The position numbers and the translations under genes were made by a program. The notes under the pieces are model-generated. The model was given only the letters and a program-made list of their open reading frames with translations. It was not told where the DNA came from and searched no databases. From NCBI GenBank assembly GCA_035084275.1, contig CM068744.1:104036001-104100000 (forward strand): a stretch of 64,000 bases of DNA, written 5' to 3'. This DNA comes from Hydrolagus colliei (taxonomy: Eukaryota). This document shows positions 12,321-25,460 of the stretch, in pieces. Each line of letters begins with the position of its first letter. Position 1 is the stretch's first letter.

Positions 12321-14876
12321 ACAATAAGTGTAAAAGAAGTTCCTAATTGGCTCACTTTTATTTCTGCTAGTGGTTATCCTATATTTATGCCCCCTTGTTA
12401 TGGACACACCCATTTATATTCATGCTATTCAGCCATTTCATAATTATAAATGACTATCAGATTCCTTCTCAAAATGCTTCATGTCCAAAACAAAACTCAT
12501 CTGTATAGTTTTTCTTAATGGCTGTAGCCCTGCATCCCTGGTAACATACAGTTCCAGCAAATTCACCTACTCTGCACTCTCAGTACTGTAGCATTGGAAC
12601 TGCTAAACAGTACTGTACTCCAAATACCCATTGTATAACTTTAACGTTAGTTTGTTCCTTTTGTCCTCTATTCCTCTGGATATAAAGCCAATAACTCTAC
12701 CTGCATTCCTTATGACCTTGTCCACCTGTGTTGTTGCTTTTCGAGAGCTATGAATCTAAACTAGCTCCTCTACCCTTCTTAGGTTCTTACCATACGACAT
12801 GCAGATGGCTTCTTGTTTCTTCCTACCAAAATACTGTCTATGGGAGAAATACAGTGGTGTCTCAAATGGAGTTCAACACTTTTGCAGTCCACCCAAATGC
12901 TGGCAGTCCATTTGGGTGTACTTCTTACCTTTCAACCAGATTCCTGAATCTGCTCTACAGTGATCGTGTAAACACATTTCTTTTTTCCATTAGCAGAACG
13001 AGCTGAGCTCTCAGCTCTTTGACCTTTGACCCACATCACCTTGGTAACTGCAACATCTTGTGTATTACTAGAATCAAATAATTCTTCCCCCCCAGGCCCA
13101 ACACCCCCCCCCCCCCCCACTGCCCCATCCACCCACCACCACCTCCATGATCGTCCTTTTTGTGAAGGATTCATTTCAATATATTGCATGTAAAACCTAA
13201 CCCATAATGTACGTACAACAACAAAATTACATTTATAGAGCGCCTTTCACATAGAAGTCAGAAAACATCTAATTCTGTAAAGGTTTTACTCCTTGCATAA
13301 TTATTCTGAAAGTATGAGTGATCAACTTTCTTCATCGTTTGAAAGTGCCCTAATCAAAATACTATTATAGCTTTTTTTGACATACTAGTGTTAAGCGCTT
13401 TAGGATGTGCTTCCGATGTGAAAGGTGCTACATAAACGTAAATTTGCATTGCATAATTCTGTTCAATCATACATATTCACAAGATTAACTTGGATGAAGT
13501 GGATTCTTAAGCCTCATTGATAACATCCTTGCAGAATACATACCCCACTGTCTTCATCATCAAGATTATTTAAATGAGTCCTGTGTCCTAGCCTCAACAA
13601 TCTTTCCTGCTAACCTGTTTGCTCCAATCATTAATAATAAAATGAGTTTACAAAGATTAGGTAGAATTTCAGACCTCTTGTGAAAACTGTTAGTTTCAAC
13701 CAGTCTGATATAATTATCTTGCAATCAGGGCACTGGAATCACTTCTGAAAAAAAAGGTTTTGGTTAGTTGATAAACAGCAATCTTCCTTGCTTGTTTTTA
13801 TGGGAGTTTTAAAGATCCAAAGGTATTTGAAAAAAGTTGTTTCTCAAAATGCCCTGGCTTGTGATTTTCAGACTAACTTCATAACTATTCAGGGGACATT
13901 GCTGTGGACTAATTAGTCACCACATTTGCCTGTAAATACATAGTCATTACACTTTATGGAAATTTTTGTGAATCTCTTTGAGACCATTTGATAGTATAGG
14001 TGCTGTGCTATATCAAAAGCAAGGATTACTTCATTATCTTACAATGTGATGGCCGCACGCTAGATATAATATTCTGGAAGCATGAAATTGAATGAACCAA
14101 AGAATTGACTTCACACAGACCTTTCTTGTGATCTCGGGAAGGGAGTGGTCAAGTGGAGGTCAGGTACTGATCAGCAGGGATGGTGGGGGTAGTGGGGGGT
14201 GGGGAGGTGGAACATTATAGGAGGGCAACTAAAACAAATTGCTCTTTGGGACATCCTCCCGACATGAAAGGTGCTATGCAATGTTATTTTGTTGTTGTTG
14301 TTTACCTCCTCCTAATCGCCAACTTCAAAGCTGCAGAGGCTTGCAGCTGTGGAGCAGCTTGTCTGTTTATTCCTTGGGTCGCAAAAGAACAATAAGTAAC
14401 AAAAAAAATTCAAGTAAAATTATCTTTTTTAGATAAAATGTCATTTCAATCCAAAACAGTTTTCTGGGACGCTGCTGTGTGCAATTGGCTGCTGCATTTC
14501 GCCCACAAATATACAGTCAATTCCCTTTATTGTATATTCAGTGAAGTGCTTTGAGACATCTAGAAGTAGTGCTCTGAGATCTCATCCTATTTGAAGGGCT
14601 CTATATAAACGCACCTTGTCGTTGTAGATGTTGTATGGAATACGTTTTTTTTACAGTAAAAACATTCCATTTCACATACAAGCTCAATGCTATTAGATCT
14701 CTCGCCACTGGGTGAGAAGGTTGTGGATTTAAGCTCCACATTGGAAAATGTGAGATCATAGTCTAGGCTAACACTCCAATGCAATACTGAGCTAGCACTG
14801 GAGAGGCTAGCCTTTGGATGAGCCATTAAACCGATGTTACATCATCGGTTAAAGATCCCATGGCACTATTTGCAAA

Positions 14877-15409
14877 TACATCTCCTTATTTAAGAAAGGA
14901 TGTACTTGCCTTGGAGGGAGTGCAGCGTAGGTTTATTGGGTTAGTACCTGGAATGAGGGGGATGAGTTATGACGATAGGTTGATTAATTTGGGCCTATAT
15001 TCTCTGGAATATAGAAGAATTAGAGGGGATCTTATAGAAACCTATAAGATTATTAAGGGGCACGACAAATTAGATAGTGAGAGATTGTTTCCCCTGGTTG
15101 AAGAATCTAAAACTAGGGGTCACAGTCTTGAAGTTAGGGGTCAGCCCTTTCACACTGAGTTGAGAAAAAACTTCTTCACTTAGAGGGTGGTGAATGTATG
15201 GAATTCTTTACACCAAAGGGCTGTTGATGCTCAGTCCTTGAACATATTCAAGACTGAGTTAGATAGATTTCTCATTTATAAAGGGATTAAGGGGTATGGG
15301 GATAAGGCAGGTAGCTGGAGATAGAGTAGAATATCAGCCATGATTGAATGACGGGGCAGGCTTGATGGGCCGCATGGCCTACTCCTGCTCTCATTTCTTA
15401 TGTTCTTAT
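14877..15409 (+). mobile_element. CR1 LINE 3' fragment
   Basis: SPYLRKDVLALEGVQRRF...YSLEYRRIRGDLIETYKI...TRGHSL; 3' UTR gatgggccgcatggcctactcctgctc and (ttcttatg) tail. Confidence 0.95.
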
Positions 15410-15530
15410 AACACAGCCGACAATCCCCCAAATAAATTGGCCATTCACTTCATGGCTGTTTGCAGGATGTGGCTTAGTGCAAATCGGCTGCTGTGTTTGC
15501 TTAGAAGAACACAGTCAGTATCCTTCACAG

Positions 15531-15851
15531 TAGGGTCCGGTGATATATCGATATATCGGTTATATCGATATAATTTTCACATCGATATGCCGATATTGGA
15601 ATTTAAAATATATCGATATATCAAAAAATTCTATATGAAAAAAATCAATATATCGCAAATATCGGTATATCATGTCCGGCGATATATCGATATATTGGTA
15701 TATATTGGTATGATGCAGACTTTTTCTACTTGCGCACCTCCGAATGCGCGCGAATGCGCAGACCAAAAAAACGATATCGATATATCGGTATATATCGATA
15801 TGGGCAAACCGATATATCAATATCGGAAAATTTCAATATCGACGGACCCTA
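15531..15851. mobile_element. hAT-superfamily MITE (321 bp)
   Basis: Perfect 9-bp TIR TAGGGTCCG/CGGACCCTA; perfect 8-bp TSD CTTCACAG (15523-15530, 15852-15859); many subterminal CGATAT/ATATCG motifs. Confidence 0.95.
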
Positions 15852-16767
15852 CTTCACAGTAAAATCTTTTGATGCATTTAGTAACTGTGATAAAATGCTG
15901 CATTAAATGCAAAGATTTTTATTATAGCGTAGATATGTACCAGCATGACCCAACACAAGGAATTGTCCCTTGTGTCTCAAATGGAATGCACAGTCTTGCC
16001 CTGGAGAGGTGCACCTTGCTTACCCAATTTCAGAGAGTTTTAGGCACAGGTTGGCAAGAGTCAAGGCTCAAGCGGTAATGCTGAAGTTTAACCAACGAAA
16101 ATCTCATAGCCTGCCACTGTCTGGCAAGCTCCATACTGCTAGTTTGTCTAGACCACCCTACCTGCTAGGGCTGTAGCTGTGGCTGACAAGAGCTGAATGG
16201 GAAGAATCCCTCTCCCCAGGCTAACCCTAACTCTTTTATGATTGTCTTTGCTGAAATCCGTAATTTCAGCAGAAAATTTTGGATCAAACCTTAGAGTTTA
16301 TTTCTCTGGCTTTCACAATGAAGGGTTTCACAACTTTTCTTTGGGAAAATAACAATATCTGTAGTGGCACTGTCTTCTGCTAATCTACAGTGTTCCCAAT
16401 TTTAATAAATGATTTGTACTGAAATGTTGCTGTTTGACGTTTGAAGAAAGCTGTTGGAGTGGTTGTATTAACGTGACATTAGCTTGAGGCAAGCAGCGAG
16501 TCACTTAACGTGCTGTAGATTCTTCTTTGTACTATCAAATCCTGAGCTTTTTCAACTGCCACTTCTTTCAACACAAACTAATCTCATATGGTTCTCAGTT
16601 TAGTGAAGCATTTCAATAACTACATCCACCGGGTATCTAATCTGAAAGTGAGCTCTGCTGTTTTCATTTTTCTTCCACTTTTACCCATGTGTTGCCTGAA
16701 GGCATTTTGTATTCCTGAGCACAAACATGAAAATGTGACCACCTATGTTTCAATCAAACTCTTTATT

Positions 16768-17140
16768 ATAATAATAGTAATCCTTGAATTTAATATAATG
16801 CTTTATCACATCTTCGAGATATCTCAAAGCACTTCATAGAACATGCTGTAAAGTGAATTGTCTGCATATTTGGGGCCAAAACATAGCAGCCTATTGCGCA
16901 CAGCAGTGTCCCACAAACTGTGATAGATTGAGTGACTAAATTTTTTGAGTAAAAGGAATTATTACCCCCGGAAAAGCAATTCACCAATTGACTTACAACT
17001 GGGTTCCTTCTTACTGCTAAGTAAGCAGAAGTGTGTGGATTAATGAAACGTGCCTAAACTTTCTCACTGCACGGGAATCAAACTCAGGTCCTCTCGCTTG
17101 CGAGGCGAGTGCTCTAACCACTGAGCTGCAGGACTCCACT
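16768..17140 (-). mobile_element. tRNA-derived SINE, long variant
   Basis: Full head, extra internal segment (...cttagcagtaagaaggaacccagttgtaag...), ATT tail. Confidence 0.87.
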
Positions 17141-17257
17141 TATTTAGGTTCTCTCTGGGAGTGAGGCAGGCTGAGCAGTGTGGAGGCAAAAGATGGAGAG
17201 TTGATATTGGGCTTGCACTGCTTTACATCACTCAGACTCCAACCCTGATACCTGGTG

Positions 17258-17342
17258 GTATGTATGTATGTATGCATACATACATACATACATATGCATG
17301 CATGCATTAATTTATTAATTTATTAATTTATTAATTTATTAA
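17258..17342. repeat. Compound microsatellite: (TATG)4(CATA)n palindrome, (ATGC)n, (TTAATTTA)4
   Basis: Read directly from the sequence. Confidence 0.95.
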
Positions 17343-17478
17343 CAGACTTTACTTACAAAGTAATCTGGTTAGAATTCCTGTTGACTCAGATTGTGTGTTT
17401 GTTTCAGCCGAGGATCTGACACAACTGGCTTAGCTCCACCACTGTTAAGTGTTCTAGTATAGGTGAAGGGTGCTATAT

Positions 17479-17820
17479 AATAATAATAATAATAATCCTT
17501 GCATTTAATATAGCGCTTTCCACATCTTATCAATGTCCCAAAGTGCTTCACAGAATATACTGTAAAGTGAATTGACTGTATATTTGTGGGCGAATTGCGG
17601 CAGCCAATTGCACACAGCAGTGTCCCAGACACAGTCGTGGATTGAAATGACCAATTTTATTATTGTGTTTTTTTTTGGAGGGATTATTATTAGGCGTGTG
17701 GAGTAAGGAAACTTGCCCAAGGTTTCGCCCTGACCTACCTGGATTCGAACACAGGTCTCCCCAGCTTGGTCTCCCCAGCTTGCAAGACAAGTGGTCTAAC
17801 CACTGATCCACAGGAGCTCC
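17479..17820 (-). mobile_element. Young tRNA-derived SINE, subfamily with a 14-nt head duplication
   Basis: Near-identical inverted copy of 29277-29625; B box GTTCGAATCC; (ATT)n tail. Confidence 0.95.
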
Positions 17821-20604
17821 AATATAAATATAGACTGTTGTTTAAGACACATTACCATGCTTATGAGGATCCATTCCAAACTACAGAGTCCCAGATGTGC
17901 ACTAATATTGTTGTCATTGAACCACTCATTACAGAATGGTATTATTGTTACTGTATCTATTCTAGTGAGTCAGTGGTACTGTTGTTCTTTTATATTATTA
18001 CATATACAGTATATATGTATGTAAATACAGTATATGCTGAAGCGATATTTGTGCTGGTGTATGAACTGAATTCCGGCACCTATAGTGTTACTGAGCAAGT
18101 GGTCCAGTTACAACCTTGTTATGCTTATTCTAGCATTGATGTTGGGGGGTGGAACACACAAATATTTCAAACAGATTCCTTGAGTAAGATTTCCGTTTGA
18201 AATCCTTCATCAAGGATTAATTCACTGCATATACTGTAAAGTGAAGTGACTATGTTTTTTTGGGTGAACGCAGCGGCTAATTTGTGTTCAGCAAGGTCCC
18301 ACTGAAGTAGATTGCCTGGATAACCAAGGATATTCACGCAAGGTCAACATTCAGCACATTTCAAGAGAAGAAAATGCAGAAAATGAACAAATAAGCAAAA
18401 GAAAAGAATTCCCTGAACTATCCACTGTCCACGTCAGGTACGTTACATTTATATAGCGCCTTTCATGTCGGGATAAGGCTCTATATCTATACTAAAGTTT
18501 AGTGGTGGGAGAATTATATCTCTGCAATCCTGCCTAGATTTCTTCTATGAGACATTTGTGCCTCAAAATATAAGGCTTCAAATTTAAAATTCAAGATTCA
18601 AAAGTGTGGAATTTTTTTCAAATTCGCTTTCAATATAAAAGCCGATCTTTTTAGAATTTCAAAAACTGGTATTCAAATTATGACTGAATTGAAAAATTTT
18701 CCACAATTCTGCACAATCAAAACTGTTAAGAGGTAAGTGCTCCAACTACTGGGCTGCAGGACTCCACAAATTGCAGACCCTTACATTGGAGTCAGTCTTT
18801 CTGAACCAGTGAACTTAAAAGGGTACCCTGCGCTTACTGATGTCTATCCAGAGACCCCTGCTGGAAAGCCTACATAGGTGAAGACAAGTCTCAACTGGAC
18901 TATGTTACTGATCACGTCCCAATATTCTGCATTAGAAAAGCCTCGTATAAGTTATCCCCTTGAGGACAAAAGGAGGCAAAAAAAATGGACTATTAAAAAG
19001 AAATGAGGGTGCAAAGTGCCATTCTGAAATGCCTGCTGCAGTTCCCTGTAACCAAAGCATGTTCTGCAATCATACATACTTTGTATTAAAAAATCCTTGA
19101 TACATTTCTGTATTTGTGTCATTAGAATACATGGAATTTTTTTCACTAGTATTACTATTAAAGCTTAAAAATGCATAGCTGCTCTGCACAAACTTTATAC
19201 ATTTTAGTGTTAGTCGCATTCAAGAAAAAAATTAATACTGCTCAGTGGTAAAATTAATTGACATGTTGCTAGTTTACATCAAGAAGCAGAATAATGAAGT
19301 TATTTTAGACCTATGTCAGATCCACTTACACATGAAATAAAACTTCTGACCGGATATTGGCCAAGGGAAAGCTCAACACAAAGGTGGAATATTGAAAAAT
19401 ATATGACTGCCATGGGTTTACAGAGAACTTTAGATCGTTGCTGTTTTGTCAGGAAAACACAGTCATGTGTGTTTTGTGCAATGGTGATTGTGGGACAGTG
19501 ATGAGCAAAGATGAGCAATGGATCACCAGGGACAAACAGACAGGTGCTTGTCTTCTCTAGAGACACGCGAGGTCAGTTCTTAAGGCTACACTTAGACAAT
19601 GTGAAGCCTTTGGCTTTTCATGCTCAGCTTTTGACCACCCAGCAGGAGAGAGATACTGAGGGATTTTTTTAAAGTAAAGATTCAAGCAGCTCCAAGGGAA
19701 TGGTCTGATCTTCCTATGTGTTGCAGGTGTATGGATCCTTTCTTTCATTTTAATGCTTAATATTATCTAATTGAATCGTATTCAGTTTCTATCATTGAGC
19801 ACTGACTTGCTGACTTTGTAATTTTTCAAAGAGGTGCCCAGCACTGCATTCCTGTAACCAGAAACTCACACAGTGACACTGTTCAAAGACAGAGTAAAAA
19901 AAAGTCTTCAAGAATTTAATGGCTTTTTATTAGATTTTTATTGACTTGAAGCCTTGCCAGGTTTTCAAACAGATTTTATGTGTCTTGCCTGCAGATAGGC
20001 TTTGTTCTCTAAAGTCACACTTCCCCTGTTAGAAGCAGAGTTATGGGTTATGATTTTGTTTCTTGAGGGAGTGAGGAGCCTGGTGGGGTAGGGGAACAAC
20101 AGAATGCTGCAGAAATGCCACCAAACAACTCACTTCACTTAAATTTTTTTATTTTATATTTAATTAAAAAATATGAATGGAAATTCATAATTAAAACATA
20201 AAATTAAGCATGAAAGCTGATAATGCCTCTATTGTTTCCTATGTTTCCCTCCACTTAATATACTCTATCTTTTCCTTTCCTTGTGAGTAAATTTTCTGGT
20301 TATTCACAGTAACTTTGTCCGTGAAATTGGATCCGAATCCTTTGCTGTCCTGTTTATTTGGCATTGAATCCCCATGTCTGAAAGAGATGATGTGAATTTT
20401 CTATTGATTTCTTCAAAGATGCAGTGGGGTGGGGGAGAGAACAATCACAGCATATCAAAAGCGTTCTTATTTTTCACTACACCCCAAACTACTTCCTCTC
20501 CCACTACCTCAACAATATTCAATGAGCATTTCTGCATATTAGTTCTGAGTTGGTTTGAAGCCGAATTAATGAGAAATGGAAGACACTGCGATATTAATTG
20601 AGAC

Positions 20605-20895
20605 TAATAATAATAATAATTCTTGCATTTGAAATAGCTCTTTTCACGTCTTCTAGATGTCTCAAAGTGCTTCACAGAATATACCATAAAGTGAATTGAC
20701 CATATACACGTGGGCAAAACACGGCAGGCAATTGTGCAGAGCAATGTCCCCCAAACATCTTGGATTGAAATGACCAATATATTGTTAATTTTTCGAGGGC
20801 TTATTAGTAGGCGTGTGGAGTAAGGAAACTTTTGCCCTGCCTGGAATTGAACCCGGGTCTCTCGCTTGTAAGGCACGTCCTCTAACCACAGGTTT
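20605..20895 (-). mobile_element. tRNA-derived SINE, short variant
   Basis: Same body and (ATT)n tail as other copies. Confidence 0.88.
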
Positions 20896-21159
20896 CCACA
20901 TAATATTCCCACAGTAAATATTTTACTCTTAACAAGGGAACATCGCTTTCATTAAAAGTGTAGTTAGCAAAAGCTTTTGTTTTCTTTGGCGAGAAAATCT
21001 GCTATATTGATTCATGAAGTGACTGGGAAAAACATACTTCAGTGTCCAATGTTGCATCAGGCGCTTGTAAATTAAAAAGTTGTACATTATTTTTAATGAA
21101 TGAAGGAAACGTTCCTTTAAACAGGGATGTTTTGAGCAGACCATTTGCTTCTCTGTTCC

Positions 21160-22023
21160 TCCAATAATAATAATCATCCTTGCATTTTTTAATATGGTGC
21201 CTTATTACGTCTTTGACACATCACAAAGCCCTTCACAGAATATATTGTAAAGTGAATTGATAAAACATGGCAGCCAATTGCGCACAGCAGTGTCCAACAA
21301 ATAGTCTTGGATTGAAGTGACCGTTTTGTAATTTTTTTTGAAAGAATTATCACCCTTGGATAAGCCATCCTCCAATTGTCTTACAACTGGATACCTATTT
21401 ACTGCTAGATAAACTGAAAGGTGTGTGGAGTAAGGAAACTTGCCTTTTGTCTTTTCCCGCTCAGGCTTCTCGCTCCCATCAATTCCACCCTCACCTGGCT
21501 CCATTGACTCCCCATCCACCAGAGGATAGAATTCAAGATCCTTATCCTCGCTTTCATGGCCATCCATGGCATTGCCCGCTTCTATCTCTCCGACCTGCTG
21601 ACTCCCTACCAACCTGTCCTCTGTTCATTTCTCAGGCCCAACCTGCCCTCCCATTGGTAGCCGGGTTTTCAGCTTTTCTGCCCTCACACTTGGGAACTCG
21701 ATCCCACAGCTCCTCTGTCTCGTTTCCTCCCTTGCCTCCTTCAAGGCCGGTTTCAAGACTCTCCTTTTCAACTGTGCTGCCCTTTCAGCTGCCCTCCCAT
21801 CTCTCTGCCTCCCCTCACCCTAACCCTTACCCCACCAGTGCCCCTTGCTCAGGTCCTGACCGCTGACTGTTCAGCGACTCGGCACATTATCCCGACGTGA
21901 AAGGCACTCTATAAATGTAATTATGTTGTTGTTGTTGTTGCCTAATGTTTTGCTCTGCCAGACATGAAACCCCCGTCTCTCGCTTTCCAGGCGAGGGCTC
22001 CATCCACTGAGCTACAGGACTCC
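21160..22023 (-). mobile_element. tRNA SINE (long variant) interrupted by a + strand L2 fragment (about 21450-21940)
   Basis: SINE breaks at ggaaacttgcct and resumes after the (TTG)n tail with ttgcctaatg...gagctacaggactcc; ttgcct is a possible TSD. Confidence 0.8.
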
Positions 22024-25000
22024 AAGAGTTAATGCCACCTGGCTCGTGATCCAATTTGGGGCAGAGGTGAGTGTAGACAGTGCAAGAGCACATTCAGTTC
22101 GGATCACTGTGAACTGAACAGATTGCAATCTCGGACGGGGTGGGGGGGGGGGGGGGGGGTTGCAATGCAAACAAAGCTCAAGATAGTCTCACCAAAACAA
22201 GGTCTTACATACCACAGCATGCTAACAATATCCAGATCCCTTTTTCCTGCTTTGGATTTAAGACTGGACAAGATTGTTCTGTAGCTGAAAAAGTAGAAAG
22301 AAATCTATGTTCTGTAAACCTTTGTATATTCAGAAAAATTTAATTGATGGGATATGCGGCTGAAAACATACTGTTTGCCATCTGATAATTAAATGGTGTT
22401 AAGATATTGACGGCATTGTTTTGGGTTCGTAAACACAAAGTGGAAAGCTACGAATAGTGTAAACAGCTGAATAAAATGTCATACAGTAAGTGTTATTAAG
22501 GGAGTTAAAAGTGGGTGGGTGGAGGGGTGGGTATGTATGAAGCCTTACTCGCAGCTGTGCTCTTATCTGGCCAGAGGAAGAAGCTCGGTAACAAAAGGGT
22601 CTAAAAAGCCCCAGTTGATGCATGGGAAAGCCATTGGCCGACCATTGTGGCTGCCCTTCTGCTGAGCAAATAGTTCAAACTGTTCATTCCCATCTTCTAT
22701 TCTCTCCCTGGTACATTGTTTGTGTCCTTGCATTTCATTCTGCGAGAGAGATTGCTCCCTGGGCCTGTGAGCAAACAGTCCAGAAAAGAGCCAACTATCT
22801 TCTCCCTGTTCCCTGGAGAACTAGCATTTTTATTTCGGCTTCAAGCTGTCAGAGAGCTGAAGAGTTTATGACAGTATCCTGAATTAATTGCCTTAAGTCG
22901 GGATAGACTATATTTGTCACCAAATGTCCGTCCATCCCACAAAAAACAATCCCCAAGCCTCAACACTTTATCTCACTCTGTATGTTTCAGTTATTGCCCG
23001 AGCAATAGTGTGCAACTTACTGAACAACGTGGTGCTAGAAAGGTGCTGGATATTCATTTTCAATGCGCTTGAAAAGTCAGGTTTTTCTTTTGTGAGCAGC
23101 GATGGGCTTCCTGGTTGGTGCGAATTGAAAAGGGTGACAAGTTTACTTCTGTTAAATGTTTTTTTATGTTTTTTGTGCAAGTTCGCAATTACGATAATAC
23201 TGCCGAAAAGCTTTTGCACTTTTTAAACCGATTGCAAACATTCTAAACACAAAACATTTCTGGGAAAAACAGTGAGACTATTTGTCATAGGTAAAATGTG
23301 CAGTTTATCGCAGTCTGGAGGAACCAAAATTACAATGTGTAACACAGGCTTGTATGAAAATAGAAGATTGTGCAGAATTGTGGAAAACTCGTACAATTCA
23401 ATCTTAATTTGGAGATAGTTTTCTGCAGTGCTTGTCAAAGGAGGCAGCTTCTAAATTAATAATTGTTGCATTTTGATATAGCGCTTTTTCACATCTTCTG
23501 GACATCTCAAAGTGCTTCACAGAATATACTGTAAAGTGAATTGACTCTATATTTGTGGGCGAAATTAAGATTAAATTCAAGAAATTTACAGAGTTCTGTG
23601 CAGTCTTAAATTGTAACATAGCAGCGATCATTATTTTGGGCTAAGACGGTAGTGTTTTGGCCCTCAAATTGTTTCCTCCTGCTATGATGCCGCTCTTAAA
23701 TCTGTAAAGTTACACCTCAAATATAGCTAGCTTTGTTGATTTGAGGGAATTGCAAGAGCTTGCAATATTTCAGCCGTCAAATAAAAAGAATAGGTCATTA
23801 TAATTCTACTGTTCATTTCAGTATCATAACTTGTTGGTAGTCATGATGATTTTTCAAAAGCTACGCTGCCCAGGCTTGTTAGAAGATCGGTTTCTCTCAC
23901 TTTGTTTCCCAGGAGCAAATTCAAGATGCCATCACCGAGCTCGTGTATTGGTATCGATCATTTTGAGCTGCTTTGTGTCAGATCACTGTGTGCTGTGAAG
24001 CACCCCCACCCCCACCCCCCCCCCCAACCTCATTGGCCCAGCAGCTGCTCATTTTAGTTTAGCCTTGGCTTGTAGCTGCTCTACATTAGGATGCATCACG
24101 CAAAGGGTGCAGATTTTGTTTGCTGCACTGTAACTGTGCAGTGAAGATGCCAACTTCGAGCAGCCAGTTTCAAACCAGCTGTGAATCAATGCAGTTCAAC
24201 TCAACCTTGAATAAACAACCAGAGATAAACGCCTGCTCATTTTCCTCCAGCCACCACCATCTCCCTGAAACACTGCTCGTACGCGTGACTTTAAACAGAT
24301 AATAAAAATAATAATCCTTGTATTTTATGTGGGGCCTACTACATCAAAATGTCTTATTACTGTGTATTATATGTAGATGCAACAGCCAATTTGCACGCAT
24401 CATATTCTCACAAATAGCCAGAAGGTGAACGATCAATTTATCAGGAAGATTATTGTGCAGGACACTCGGAAAAACACCCTTCTCTTTTTTTCGAAGGAGT
24501 TTCACTCCTTTTACGTCGGGAGGATGCCTCAAGACACTGAACAGTCAGGAAGGGACCAGAGCAGAGTGGGGGGAGTGGTCGGGATAGGGGGAAGGAGAGT
24601 AGGAAAATTGACTGTATATTTGTGGGCGAGATGTCTCATCCGAAAGGCAACGAAGAGCACTCCAGCGCCACAATGGAGTGTCAGCCTGCACTGTGAGTTT
24701 GTGCCCCTACAAGAAGCAGAGTGAAGGCGACATTCAGCTGCCTGTTCAAAGAGGCTGTAAATGTGATCAGCAATGGAATGGCCGCCATAATCACCAGTGG
24801 CATTCTTTCATGGGCGCGATGGAGCCCAAAGCATACAAGAGCTGCATAGATGAAAGTACAGCTCAAGCTCATTGTCACCATGGAGATTTCCTGTTTATTC
24901 TATGGGTGAGAACGATTACCGTGGTTTTCCGATGAATATTCTGCATCCCTATAACTGTTGTATGGTCATATTTGGTGTGTCAGCTTTTTTGTTCTTCATA

Positions 25001-25054
25001 CTGATACTTACCCGTAGGGCCTCAAGCAATTATTATTGAGTTGCAGTTTCAGCC

Positions 25055-25460
25055 TGCCTCAGTGGGCAGTACTGTCATCTCTGAATCAGACAGTTATGAG
25101 TTCAGGCCGCACATCAGGACTGTGAATTTACAGGTCAAGGCTGACACTCCAGTCAATATGGGGGGTTGTTGGAGGCACTGTCTTGCAGATTAAATATTAA
25201 ACCAAGCTCCTGTCTACCTGCTAGATGTTAAAGATCCACATTAGAGATCCTATTACACTATTTGAAAAGAGAGTTTCTTCTGGTATCCTGGCCAATAATG
25301 CCCCAAATAGAACTGTCCATTAATTTCAGTGCTGTTTATGGGACATTGGGAGATTTGATGTGTGCAGATTGGCTGCCACATTTACAATGCGATACAAATG
25401 CATATTTATATAGCACCTTGGGAAGGTGCTACATCAATGCAGGATTATTAACACTGTTAT
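25055..25460 (+). mobile_element. Old Deu-domain SINE
   Basis: gcctcagtgggcagtac...ggctgacactccagt...tcctggccaata...tgtgcagattggctgccac...aatgcaggattatt. Confidence 0.75.

Larger units (their letters stand above)
14690..15925 (+). mobile_element. Deu-domain SINE (SacSINE1-like) interrupted by CR1 and a hAT MITE
   Basis: 5' part gagaaggttgtggatttaag...tctaggctaacactcca...aaagatcccatggcactattt stops near 14876; resumes near 15410 (aatcccccaaataaattggcc...); tail aaatgcaaagattttttatt. Confidence 0.75.

Noticed and set aside
15344-15862. 172-aa ORF and CRISPR-like repeated ATATCG motifs
   Set aside because: Read-through of a CR1 UTR, a SINE and the MITE; repeats are subterminal hAT motifs with no repeat-spacer periodicity, in a eukaryote.
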